Below are positions 25,726 to 34,648 of a DNA stretch of 59,493 bases, piece after piece. The translations under genes and the position numbers were made by a program. The notes under the pieces are model-generated. The model saw only the letters and a program-made list of their open reading frames with translations, was not told where the DNA came from and searched no databases. Source of the DNA: Lachnospiraceae bacterium. Lineage in GTDB: Bacteria > Bacillota > Clostridia > Lachnospirales > Lachnospiraceae. Positions within the stretch are counted from its first letter, which is position 1, and each line of letters opens with the position of its first letter. Location: assembly GCA_045651105.1 (NCBI GenBank), contig JAZRRW010000067.1:1-59493 (forward strand), in the 5' to 3' direction.

Positions 25726-26325
25726 ATGATACCAAAGCCAGGTGAACGCAACACACATAAAATCAAAAGAAAAAACACCACCGGAACCTACGTCATGATC
25801 GCTCTGACTACAGCCATTATCGCCATCCTGACCCAACTGGCTATCCCTTCTCCGACTGGTATACCCATGACCCTGCAGACCTTTGCTGTAGCACTGGTAG
25901 GTTACATACTGCTTCCCAGACAGTCCTTTTACAGCATTCTGCTGTATCTATTAATCGGTGCCGTCGGTCTGCCGGTATTTACCAATTTCAGAGGTGGCCC
26001 GGGGCACCTGTTTGGAATGACGGGAGGCTTTTTGTGGGGCCACTTAATATACGCTCCCATGTGCGGACTGGGCATAAAGTGGGCCCGTAAACGCAAAAGT
26101 GCCTCCATGGCAATTGCCTGTGGAAGCACCGGATTATTGATATGTCATGCACTGGGCACCCTGCAATATGCTTTTCTCACTGCTCATTCTGTGAAGACAG
26201 CCTTTTTGATAGTATCACTGCCTTACTTACCAAAGGATATACTGTGCGTTATTGCTGCGTATTTGGTAGCAACGGGGATAAGAAGACAAATTACTTTACG
26301 GGATTCTTCTCCAAGAACACCTTAA
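25726..26325 (+). CDS. bioY: Biotin transporter BioY (ECF S-component)
   Basis: PMTLQTFAV and GGPGHLFGMTGGFLWG motifs. The start could instead be the ATG at 25795. Confidence 0.85.
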   Translation: MIPKPGERNTHKIKRKNTTGTYVMIALTTAIIAILTQLAIPSPTGIPMTLQTFAVALVGYILLPRQSFYSILLYLLIGAVGLPVFTNFRGGPGHLFGMTGGFLWGHLIYAPMCGLGIKWARKRKSASMAIACGSTGLLICHALGTLQYAFLTAHSVKTAFLIVSLPYLPKDILCVIAAYLVATGIRRQITLRDSSPRTP

Positions 26326-26656
26326 TCGCCTGAAAGCTCTCATCGCTCAACGCATGCTCCATGTTGCAGGCATCATCCTCTGCAACCTTGGCATCCACGC
26401 CCAGACCTGTCAGGAAATTATAAAACAGCTCATGGCGTTCCATGACACGCTCTGCCACCTTGCGGCCTGTGCCGGTCAATGTAATATCATGACCATTTAT
26501 GAGCAGGTAGCCTTTTTCCTGCAAATTATGTACTGCAACACTGACGCTTGGCTTGGACACTCCCAAGTCTCTTGCAATATCAATACTTCTGACATTACCC
26601 TTCTCCCTGCCTATCCTCAGCACGCTTTCCAAATAATCTTCACCTGATTGTTTCAA
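26291..26656 (-). CDS. DtxR/MntR-family metal-dependent repressor (short form)
   Basis: 121 aa. SGEDYLESVLRI...IARDLGVSKPSVSVAVHNLQEKGYL...RHELFYNFL. Confidence 0.85.
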   Translation of the reverse strand: MKQSGEDYLESVLRIGREKGNVRSIDIARDLGVSKPSVSVAVHNLQEKGYLLINGHDITLTGTGRKVAERVMERHELFYNFLTGLGVDAKVAEDDACNMEHALSDESFQAIKVFLEKNPVK

Positions 26657-26671
26657 TGGGGTATACCTCCT

Positions 26672-27349
26672 CTATTCTTCCTCATGCCCCTGCTGCACTT
26701 CGTCTATCATATAGCGAATATCCTGCATGCGCATGTCTACCTCAGCAATAACATCTGCACATTTCTTTAGCTCCGTGGCTATTTGCTCCGGATTGTCAAT
26801 CTTCTTTTTGTATTTCAACTGATGCTCCAGGCTTGCCCAAAAATCCATGGCAATCGTACGGAACTGCACCTCTACACGCATATGTTTTTTCTCATTGGAG
26901 AGAAAAATAGGAATATCCAGAATCAGGTGCAGACTCCGGTATCCATTCGGCTTTGGATTTTTGATATAATCCTTAATTTCAACTAAAATAATGTCATCCT
27001 GACTAAGTAAAAGCTCAGCAAGCTTGTAAATATCTTCTACAAAGGAACATATAACACGTATACCTGCAATATCCGTCAATTGCTCCTTCATATTTTCTAC
27101 AGTAACCGCAAATCCTCTTCTTTCAAGCTTCTCAATAATACTGACAGGACTCTTGATACGAGACTTAATTGTCTGAATAGGATTTCTGTCTGCCCGTATG
27201 GAAAATTCCTCATCCAACACACGAAGCTTCGTCTCTATCTCTCTAATAGCACAACGGTTATACATCATCAGCTCCACAAACGGCTTTGCCTTTTTTAAGG
27301 CTTCAATACGTACCGCATCTAATTGAAACTCTATCTCTTGATTGTTCAT
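26672..27349 (-). CDS. Small alarmone synthetase (RelQ/RelP-type GTP pyrophosphokinase)
   Basis: GIRVICSF, YRSLHLILDIP and VEVQFRTIAMDFWASLEH motifs. Start taken at the ATG after AAAGGAAG. Confidence 0.85.
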   Translation of the reverse strand: MNNQEIEFQLDAVRIEALKKAKPFVELMMYNRCAIREIETKLRVLDEEFSIRADRNPIQTIKSRIKSPVSIIEKLERRGFAVTVENMKEQLTDIAGIRVICSFVEDIYKLAELLLSQDDIILVEIKDYIKNPKPNGYRSLHLILDIPIFLSNEKKHMRVEVQFRTIAMDFWASLEHQLKYKKKIDNPEQIATELKKCADVIAEVDMRMQDIRYMIDEVQQGHEEE

Positions 27350-27532
27350 ATTGCTTCCTTTCATCTGAATGCATATCCTTGGAAATATTCAAAAAGAATT
27401 TCCATAAGTATATTTTACTAGATTCTGCCATGAAAAGAAAGAAAAACTATATTAATTTTTTGTTAATAATTGTGTTAATTGCCTTTCGTAAAAATATACC
27501 TTAAATTTAAGTATGTTTTTTTGATTTTTTTG

Positions 27533-27565
27533 GAACAAATTGCAAACTTCTCCGTTATATAAGTA
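27533..27565 (+). promoter_or_regulatory. ECF-type promoter GAAC-N16-CGTTATATAAGT, copy 2
   Basis: GGAAC ends at 27536. CGTTA at 27553-27557, 53 nt before the ATG. Confidence 0.5.
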
Positions 27566-27605
27566 GAGGGGAATTTGTAAGATTAAAGTACCACGAGGAT
27601 TAATT

Positions 27606-28178
27606 ATGATGATACTATTAACCCAAACAGAAACACCACCCCCAAATGATTTCATTGAACAATTATATTCCAAGGAACGCGACAAGCTCTTTTATATTGC
27701 GAAAGAAATTTTAAAAAACGAAACGGACGCTGAGGACGCCCTTCAACAAAGCTTCCTAAGACTGACAGAAAGAGCACCGCGCTACTCTAACAAGCCTTAT
27801 GAAGAATTAGTACGTATCACAAACACGATTGTCACCAATGAGGCACTAAATATTTGGAGAGTTAATCAGAGAATTGCGCCTTTAGCCAAAAACGACCTTT
27901 CAGAGGAAGTGCATATGCTGGGCACCGTCCCGGATGTACTTTCACAGTTAGAGGATAAATACGAGGGAACCATGATTACCCAGGCTGTCATGAAATTACC
28001 TAAAATTGACCGAGAAATATTAGGCCTTTACTATGGATACATGTTGACCTCTAAAAGGATTGCAGCCTTAGTTGGTGTATCACATAACTTTGTCCGCAAA
28101 GAGCTGTACAACAGCCGCATTAAGCTTGCCAAGATTTTGCAAGGTAAAGCATACAAGGATTTATTTCCGGATACATAG
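27606..28178 (+). CDS. ECF-like sigma-70 family RNA polymerase sigma factor
   Basis: 190 aa. Region 2 (DAEDALQQSFLRL) and region 4 HTH (LTSKRIAALVGVSHNFVRKELYNSRIKL). No adjacent anti-sigma gene. Confidence 0.85.
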   Translation: MMILLTQTETPPPNDFIEQLYSKERDKLFYIAKEILKNETDAEDALQQSFLRLTERAPRYSNKPYEELVRITNTIVTNEALNIWRVNQRIAPLAKNDLSEEVHMLGTVPDVLSQLEDKYEGTMITQAVMKLPKIDREILGLYYGYMLTSKRIAALVGVSHNFVRKELYNSRIKLAKILQGKAYKDLFPDT

Positions 28179-28180
28179 CA

Positions 28181-28223
28181 ATTCAAAGCCAATGGGGCCT
28201 CGCACTCATTGGCTTTGAATTAT
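28181..28223. terminator. Bidirectional terminator between the sigma gene and mfd
   Basis: aattcaaagccaatg / cattggctttgaatt forms a perfect 15-bp stem. Confidence 0.7.
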
Positions 28224-28238
28224 GTCGTTCACCTGTCC

Positions 28239-31200
28239 CTACATTTCTCCCTGAATATATATTTTCTGCTCCATGCGCTCCAATACTTCTTCACAGGCTC
28301 TAAGAATAATCTGGGCATCCTTCTCCACCATGCCGGTCAAGACACATCGGTAAGTAAAGGTAGGCATTCCCATAGGCGTGAAATTCATACTTCCCTTAAA
28401 AGACTTTACAAAGGCCGGTATCGCATCCGGATTAATACGGGCATCCGGCCGGATAACAAATTGTATTCTGTCCTTCACACTACGTATATCCGTCATAAAC
28501 ATGCGGTGTGCCCTGATACGAAGAAGGTTAATGCGCAGCAAATTATCTACCGGCACCGGCACTGCGCCAAAACGATCCTGAAGCTCCTGCACCATGTCTT
28601 CTTTTTCAGCAAGGCTCTCCACCCCTGCAATGCGCTTGTAAATGTCCAGCTTCTGCACTTCATTTAAAATATATTCTGCAGGGATGAAAGCATCCGCACT
28701 GACATCCACCTTCGTGTCAAAGTCTACAGCCACCTTCTTGCCTTGGGCAGTCATGACCGCCTCATTTAACATTTTACAGTACATATCGTAGCCAACAGCT
28801 TCCATGTGACCATGCTGTGCCTTCCCAAGCAGATTACCTGCACCACGGATTTCCAAATCTCGCATGGCAATCTTAAAGCCACTGCCTAAGTCTGTAAATT
28901 CCTTAATAGCCTGCAGACGCTTTTCCGCTACTTCTTTTAATAATTTACCACGCTTATACATCATAAACGCATAAGCGGTACGGTTGGAACGTCCTACACG
29001 TCCACGCAACTGATACAGCTGACTCAGGCCCAGACTGTCCGCATCATGAATAATCATGGTATTGGCATTGGAAATATCCATGCCCGTCTCAATAATGGTA
29101 GTAGATACCAGCACATCGATATCTCCATTGACAAAATCAAACATAATGCGCTCCAGCTCATGCTCCTTCATCTGGCCGTGGGCAAAGCTTACCGTAGCCT
29201 CCGGCACCAGCTGCTGCACCTGCAGCGCTACCTGGTCAATGTCATTGACACGATTGTATACATAATACACCTGCCCGCCACGGGTCAGCTCACGGACAAT
29301 GGCCTCTCGCACCATTTCATCGTTGTACTCCATAACATAGGTCTGAATCGGAAGTCTGTCCTGAGGTGCCTCCTCTAAAAGACTCATATCACGGACACCA
29401 ATCAGACTCATGTGAAGTGTACGCGGAATAGGGGTGGCAGTCAAGGTCAGGACGTCCACATTTTCCTTGAGCTTTTTAATCTTCTCCTTATCCCCTACAC
29501 CAAAGCGCTGCTCCTCGTCGATAATAAGAAGTCCCAAATCCTTAAACTCCATGTCCTTGGACAACACTCTGTGGGTACCGATTACAATATCTACAAAGCC
29601 CTTCTTTAAATCGGCCAGGGTACGTTTCTGCTCAGAAGGGGTACGAAAACGGCACATCAAATCTATACGCACCGGATAATCCTTCATACGCTGCACAAAG
29701 GTATTATAATGCTGCTGAGCCAAAATAGTGGTAGGTACCAGATACACCACCTGTTTGCCCTCCTGTACCGCCTTAAAGGCTGCACGAATGGCCACCTCTG
29801 TCTTACCATAGCCTACGTCGCCGCAAATCAGTCTGTCCATAATCTTGGTGCTTTCCATATCCTTTTTGGTAGCCTCAATAGCACTAAGCTGATCCGGTGT
29901 CTCCTCATAAGCAAACATTTCCTCAAACTCCCGCTGCCACACGGTATCCTGTCCATACTGATAGCCGGAAGCCTGCTGCCTGTGGGCATACAACTCCACC
30001 AAATCCTTTGCTACCGTCTCCACTGCTGCGCGAACCTTCTGCTTGGTCCTAGACCACTCCTTACTGCCAAGCTTACTAAGCTTCGGCACCTTAGCATCCG
30101 CAGAGCCATACTTCTGCAAAATATGAAGCCCAGTAGCGGGCACATATACATTGCCGTTATCCCGATATGCCAGCTTGATATAATCCTTTATGATATGATC
30201 TACTTCTACCTTTTCGATACCCTGATACTGTCCCAGACCATACAACTCATGAACCACATAGTCCCCGATATGAAGCTCTGCAAAGTCCTGAATCTTGGTG
30301 CCGGAAAAGCCTGATTTCTTTTTCTTTTTGCGCTTCTTGGCGCCAAATATATCGCTTTCCGCAATAACCACAAAATGAAGCAGCGGATACTCAAAGCCCC
30401 TCGCCACATTGCCCGCAAGACACAACACCTCACCTACAATAGCTTCTCTAAAAGGGTCCTCACTAAAGACTGCCGGAATGTCATTGTCCCGTAGGCTCTC
30501 TGCCAGACGTCTGGCCCTGGTTCTGGAAGGACTGAGTAACACCATGCGATATTTATTCTTGCGGTACTTGGCTAAATCCTTTACCAACGTTTCAAAACTA
30601 TGATTATACGGAGAAACCATCTTGGCCTCCACTTCAAAACGCTCCTTCACAGGAAACAGCGCACACTTGGCCTCCATCATGGAAAGAGCAAGCACATGGC
30701 GCTTATTTAGCCCTGCCGCCACCTCCTCACTGGCATACAAAAGCCCAGTCTGTCCCGGCAAAATATAGCCCTTTTCCAGACGGTTGCTCATGCTGTCTTT
30801 AAACTCCAGCTCCACCGCATCCACATGCTCCTTGATACGGACAGGCTCATCTAAAATCAAAAGACTCTTGTCCGACTCCGTAAAATCCAGGAGACTTCCC
30901 GTCTCTTGATAAAAATAGTGCAGGTAGCTATCCAGATTGGTCATGGACTGAAAGGTAAATAAATCCTCTTTTAACTCCTTCACCTGCTGCTTAATCCGAT
31001 GGGCTTCCTCCGTCTTAAACTGCGCTCGGAACAAATCATACTGCTTCTCGGCCTCTGCCTCAATAGCCTGCATGCCCTGCTCCTTACGCTCTGCGGAAAG
31101 TATCATTTCCCTTGCCGGAAAAATCTGCACCTGGGTCAAGGTCTCTATAGAACGCTGGCTCTCCACGTCAAAACTTCGAATGGACTCTATCTCATCCCCC

Positions 31201-31781
31201 CAAAGCTCCATACGCACCGGATTGTCCTCTGTCAAGTCAAAAACATCTAAAATATCACCGCGTACCGCAAACTGCCCCGGATTGTCTACCTGATATGTCT
31301 TTTCATAACCCAGCGCCACTAACATCTCGGCCAGCCTCTTCAAGTCCACCTCTGCGCCCTTTTTCAGGTTCAGAATGCTCTCCTCATAAACAGACAGCGG
31401 TATCTGCGGTGCCATCAAGGCATCAAAGGTAGTTACCACCGTGATAGGCTTTTTCTGAAGCAAACGCTTTAGTACACGAATGCGCTCCTTGGTCTGCTGA
31501 TTGCCATGAATATCTGCCTGATAAAAAATCAAATCCTTGGCCGGATACACGTACGTATTTCTGTCATAAGCACGAAATTGCTCATAAATATCCCTGACAT
31601 GAAGCTCGCTAAAAGTAGCGATGATTTTAAACTTATAATCATCGCTAAGTCCATATGCCATATGCCATTTCTGCGCGTCCACACAGCCGGAAACGGATAC
31701 CGTACCGCCGCCCTTTCGCAATTCCTTTTTAATTTGTCCATATTCCGCCAACTCATATAGCGGTGTCAATAATGCCTGCAT
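28239..31781 (-). CDS. mfd: Transcription-repair coupling factor Mfd
   Basis: 1180 aa. CarD-like domain, DEAD/H helicase motifs (GDVGYGKTEVA, IIDEEQRFG) and a TRCF C-terminal domain. Confidence 0.95.
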   Translation of the reverse strand: MQALLTPLYELAEYGQIKKELRKGGGTVSVSGCVDAQKWHMAYGLSDDYKFKIIATFSELHVRDIYEQFRAYDRNTYVYPAKDLIFYQADIHGNQQTKERIRVLKRLLQKKPITVVTTFDALMAPQIPLSVYEESILNLKKGAEVDLKRLAEMLVALGYEKTYQVDNPGQFAVRGDILDVFDLTEDNPVRMELWGDEIESIRSFDVESQRSIETLTQVQIFPAREMILSAERKEQGMQAIEAEAEKQYDLFRAQFKTEEAHRIKQQVKELKEDLFTFQSMTNLDSYLHYFYQETGSLLDFTESDKSLLILDEPVRIKEHVDAVELEFKDSMSNRLEKGYILPGQTGLLYASEEVAAGLNKRHVLALSMMEAKCALFPVKERFEVEAKMVSPYNHSFETLVKDLAKYRKNKYRMVLLSPSRTRARRLAESLRDNDIPAVFSEDPFREAIVGEVLCLAGNVARGFEYPLLHFVVIAESDIFGAKKRKKKKKSGFSGTKIQDFAELHIGDYVVHELYGLGQYQGIEKVEVDHIIKDYIKLAYRDNGNVYVPATGLHILQKYGSADAKVPKLSKLGSKEWSRTKQKVRAAVETVAKDLVELYAHRQQASGYQYGQDTVWQREFEEMFAYEETPDQLSAIEATKKDMESTKIMDRLICGDVGYGKTEVAIRAAFKAVQEGKQVVYLVPTTILAQQHYNTFVQRMKDYPVRIDLMCRFRTPSEQKRTLADLKKGFVDIVIGTHRVLSKDMEFKDLGLLIIDEEQRFGVGDKEKIKKLKENVDVLTLTATPIPRTLHMSLIGVRDMSLLEEAPQDRLPIQTYVMEYNDEMVREAIVRELTRGGQVYYVYNRVNDIDQVALQVQQLVPEATVSFAHGQMKEHELERIMFDFVNGDIDVLVSTTIIETGMDISNANTMIIHDADSLGLSQLYQLRGRVGRSNRTAYAFMMYKRGKLLKEVAEKRLQAIKEFTDLGSGFKIAMRDLEIRGAGNLLGKAQHGHMEAVGYDMYCKMLNEAVMTAQGKKVAVDFDTKVDVSADAFIPAEYILNEVQKLDIYKRIAGVESLAEKEDMVQELQDRFGAVPVPVDNLLRINLLRIRAHRMFMTDIRSVKDRIQFVIRPDARINPDAIPAFVKSFKGSMNFTPMGMPTFTYRCVLTGMVEKDAQIILRACEEVLERMEQKIYIQGEM

Positions 31782-31835
31782 TTATACCTCCAGCTCTGCC
31801 ATAAGCAGTCAAATCGAGCCTATAGCTGAACCCTG

Positions 31836-32408
31836 TCATTTCCCCGAACGGTTACACTTGTTCATGGCCTCGTCCAGCCCTGAGGTCATAAGTAGCTCCA
31901 CGGCCTCCACAGCCACCTGTACAGCCTCGTCCACGGCCTTTCGCTCCTCCGTGGTAAACCGCCCCAGTACATGATCCACTAAATCCCAGCCCTTGGGCTT
32001 CTCGCCAACGCCTACCTTCACACGCTTAAATACATCATGTCCCAGATGCTGCAAGATATTCTTAATGCCATTGTGTCCCCCTGCACTGCCTTTACCGCGT
32101 ATGCGAAGACCGCCCGGCACCAGAGAAATATCATCATAAACCACAATCAGCTCTTCTTCCTCGTTCACCTTGTAATAGTCTAACACCTCACGCACGCTTT
32201 CACCACTCAGGTTCATAAACGTCAAAGGCTTAACCAGAAGTACCTTCTGTCCAGCCACTATGCCCTTACCAATCAGCGCCTTGTGCTTACGCTCTATTAC
32301 AGAAATATTATATTTGTCCGCCAGCGCATCTATGACATCAAAGCCAATATTGTGCCTGGTCTTTTCGTATTGCTTGCCGGGATTACCCAGCCCTACTATT
32401 ATATACAT
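31836..32408 (-). CDS. pth: Peptidyl-tRNA hydrolase
   Basis: 190 aa starting at MYIIVGLGNPGKQYEKTRHNIGF. Confidence 0.9.
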   Translation of the reverse strand: MYIIVGLGNPGKQYEKTRHNIGFDVIDALADKYNISVIERKHKALIGKGIVAGQKVLLVKPLTFMNLSGESVREVLDYYKVNEEEELIVVYDDISLVPGGLRIRGKGSAGGHNGIKNILQHLGHDVFKRVKVGVGEKPKGWDLVDHVLGRFTTEERKAVDEAVQVAVEAVELLMTSGLDEAMNKCNRSGK

Positions 32409-32577
32409 AATCAACCTCTGAAAAATAAGTTTGCTTTTATTATACATTTTTTCTGACGAAAAACAACTCATATGTTGCACTTTTTCTAACTATGCAAAAA
32501 ATGAGGGACTTATGCAAGGATAATTCTAAAAAATAAGGGACTTTTTAAGCCCCTTGAAATTTAATAAACCAGCGCAC

Positions 32578-32618
32578 TAAAAAGCGGATATCTAAATTTT
32601 CTAACTTAGATATCCGCT
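32578..32618 (-). terminator. Orphan intrinsic terminator (minus orientation) with no annotated gene upstream
   Basis: agcggatatctaa / ttagatatccgct forms a perfect 13-bp stem, followed by TTTTT on the minus strand. Confidence 0.55.
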
Positions 32619-33040
32619 ATTAAACTATGCTGTCCATTGGACCTTCCTCATTCTTTCTTTGTGTTTTATTTGTTTTGCTATTTGTCAATCTATATTAAAT
32701 TTTATCTTTAGGATTATTCCTTTCTGGAATCTTTTCATAATAATCATTTCTTATTTCATGTAGGCTTTGTCTCTTTCAGAAGTTTTTGCAAAGCGTTTAA
32801 ACAATTTATGAATAATCCTGTTCTTTTGAACCTCTGTCTTTTCCTTTGCCCTTTTACCTGAGCTTCTTCTTCGCTATTGTCTTATTCCGGCTTCTTTGAA
32901 ATCCTAACCCTTTCTCGTCAGGCTAAAACCTCTTTTTATTTTTTGACTTTGGTTTTCTTTTTTGCCTTCAGCTTTCAATTTTGCCTTTGGCTTTTAGTTT
33001 TTACTATAAACTTTGAAATTCAATTTTTTAATTTATGTTT

Positions 33041-33185
33041 CTGGTGGTTTGTACCTCGCTTCTTCTAGATTATGAGTTTTAAATTAAGTTTTGATTGGAC
33101 CGTACCTCGCTTTCTTTAATATTATGAATTTTCGTTTAAGTTCTTGGTGGTTTGTACCTCTTTCTTTAGATTTTGTTGTGAACTC
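33041..33185. repeat. Three imperfect tandem repeats of ~50 bp in a noncoding region
   Basis: The units begin ctggtggtttgtacctcgcttcttctagattatgag..., ttgattggaccgtacctcgctttctttaatattatgaa... and cttggtggtttgtacctctttctttagatttt.... A degenerate fourth copy lies at about 32633-32665. Confidence 0.7.
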
Positions 33186-33290
33186 TTTTGTTTTTTGTAA
33201 TTTCATTATATCAAACATTTCGCATTTGTCAATACCTTTTTCAAAATTTTTTTAATTAATTTTTATTTTATCAGACAATTTGCGTTTTGC

Positions 33291-33344
33291 ACAAAAACAA
33301 GACAGAACTATTGTAAAAAATGAATAATTGACAATAGTTCTGTC
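33291..33344 (-). terminator. Intrinsic terminator of the ftsEX / M23 peptidase / ctpA operon
   Basis: gacagaactattgt / acaatagttctgtc forms a perfect 14-bp stem, followed by a T-rich tract on the minus strand. Confidence 0.7.
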
Positions 33345-33370
33345 CTTATAAAAACACCTCTTTTTGAGTC

Positions 33371-34630
33371 TCAGTTTATATTATTCCGAAGCATTTCCCC
33401 AAGTACTTCCTTGGCCTTTTCCAGCTGATTATCATAACCGTCTGCCCGGTATGCCTCACCGTCAAATTCCACCACCACATCCGGCTCAATACCTGTGCCG
33501 TGAATATTGGTGCCTGCCGGTGTATAATAAGCACTGATGGTCAGTTTAATAGCGGAACCATCCCTAAGCGTCCTGATGGTCTGTACAATGCCTTTACCAA
33601 AAGTGGTGGTACCTACCAGAGTGGCCTTGCCATGATCCTTTAATGCACCGCTAAGCACCTCAGAAGCACTGGCAGAATTGCCATCTACCAAAACCACCAT
33701 AGGTACATCAATAATGGTGCCATCTCCGGAATTATATACTTCCTGACGACCTTTTTTATCCTCTGTATAAAGTATTTTGCCTTTATCCAAAAGCATATCC
33801 GCTATATCTACTACAGAGTATAAATTACCTCCGGGATTTCCGCGCAAGTCGAGTATCAATCCTTTTACATTCTCTTTCTCAAGTGCTGTAATCGCTCCGG
33901 AAAACTGATTAACCGTGACATCGTCAAACTCTACAATTTGCACATAGCCCATTCCATCATCCAACATACTGTACTCGATGGTAGGAGATTCAATCTTGCG
34001 ACGCTCCACGTCTACCTCTACGTATTCGTTGCCGCGAACCAGGGTGAGATGCACGGTAGTTCCTTCCTCGCCTTTGATATGAAGCACTACCTGCGATACA
34101 TCCAGTCCGGCCATATCCTCGCCGTTCACCTTGTACAGAATATCCCCTGCCTGCAGGCCGGCTTCTTCGGCCGGTGTATCCTTTATCGTACCGGTAATCT
34201 TGGCATAGCCGGTAACTGTGTCCATCTGAACATAGGCACCTATGCCATAATAAATCCCCTCAGACTGCTGAAAAACTTCTTCTGCTTCTTCCGGTGTATA
34301 ATAAACGGAGTAAATATCATCAAGAGCTGCCACAATACCATCATAAGCACCCTCGCGCAGTACTTCCGCACTCACCTCGTCTAAATAAAAATTCTCATCT
34401 ATCAGTGTCTCAATCACATCTATCTTTTGCAAGAATTCTGATGATACAATCCCGTCCTGCTGCACCATAACAACATTTGCATTTCCTGTATTGGTACCGG
34501 AGCCTTCCTCTTCTGTCATAAACTGGCCAATACCATAGCCCAGCACCACTACAAGTGAGGTCATAATCACACCTGCTAAAAGACCACTGATGAAACCAAA
34601 AACGGGACGTTTTTTCATTTCTAAATCCAA
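33371..34630 (-). CDS. S41 family carboxy-terminal processing protease with PDZ domain
   Basis: 419 aa. N-terminal TM segment, a PDZ domain (GLQAGDILYKVNGED), and LDLRGNPGG, SASASEV and GKG motifs. The start is either TTG at 34630 or ATG at 34618. Confidence 0.9.
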   Translation of the reverse strand: MDLEMKKRPVFGFISGLLAGVIMTSLVVVLGYGIGQFMTEEEGSGTNTGNANVVMVQQDGIVSSEFLQKIDVIETLIDENFYLDEVSAEVLREGAYDGIVAALDDIYSVYYTPEEAEEVFQQSEGIYYGIGAYVQMDTVTGYAKITGTIKDTPAEEAGLQAGDILYKVNGEDMAGLDVSQVVLHIKGEEGTTVHLTLVRGNEYVEVDVERRKIESPTIEYSMLDDGMGYVQIVEFDDVTVNQFSGAITALEKENVKGLILDLRGNPGGNLYSVVDIADMLLDKGKILYTEDKKGRQEVYNSGDGTIIDVPMVVLVDGNSASASEVLSGALKDHGKATLVGTTTFGKGIVQTIRTLRDGSAIKLTISAYYTPAGTNIHGTGIEPDVVVEFDGEAYRADGYDNQLEKAKEVLGEMLRNNIN

Positions 34631-34648
34631 CTTACACCTCTCTTCCTG

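Noticed and set aside
32877-33068. 63-aa plus-strand ORF (TTG start) rich in Phe/Leu
   Set aside because: It is an artefact of the T-rich strand. It has no RBS and no ATG, and it overlaps the tandem repeats.
33041-33185. Tandem repeats considered as a CRISPR array
   Set aside because: The units are contiguous, about 50 bp and imperfect, with no unique spacers between them. No cas genes or leader are present.
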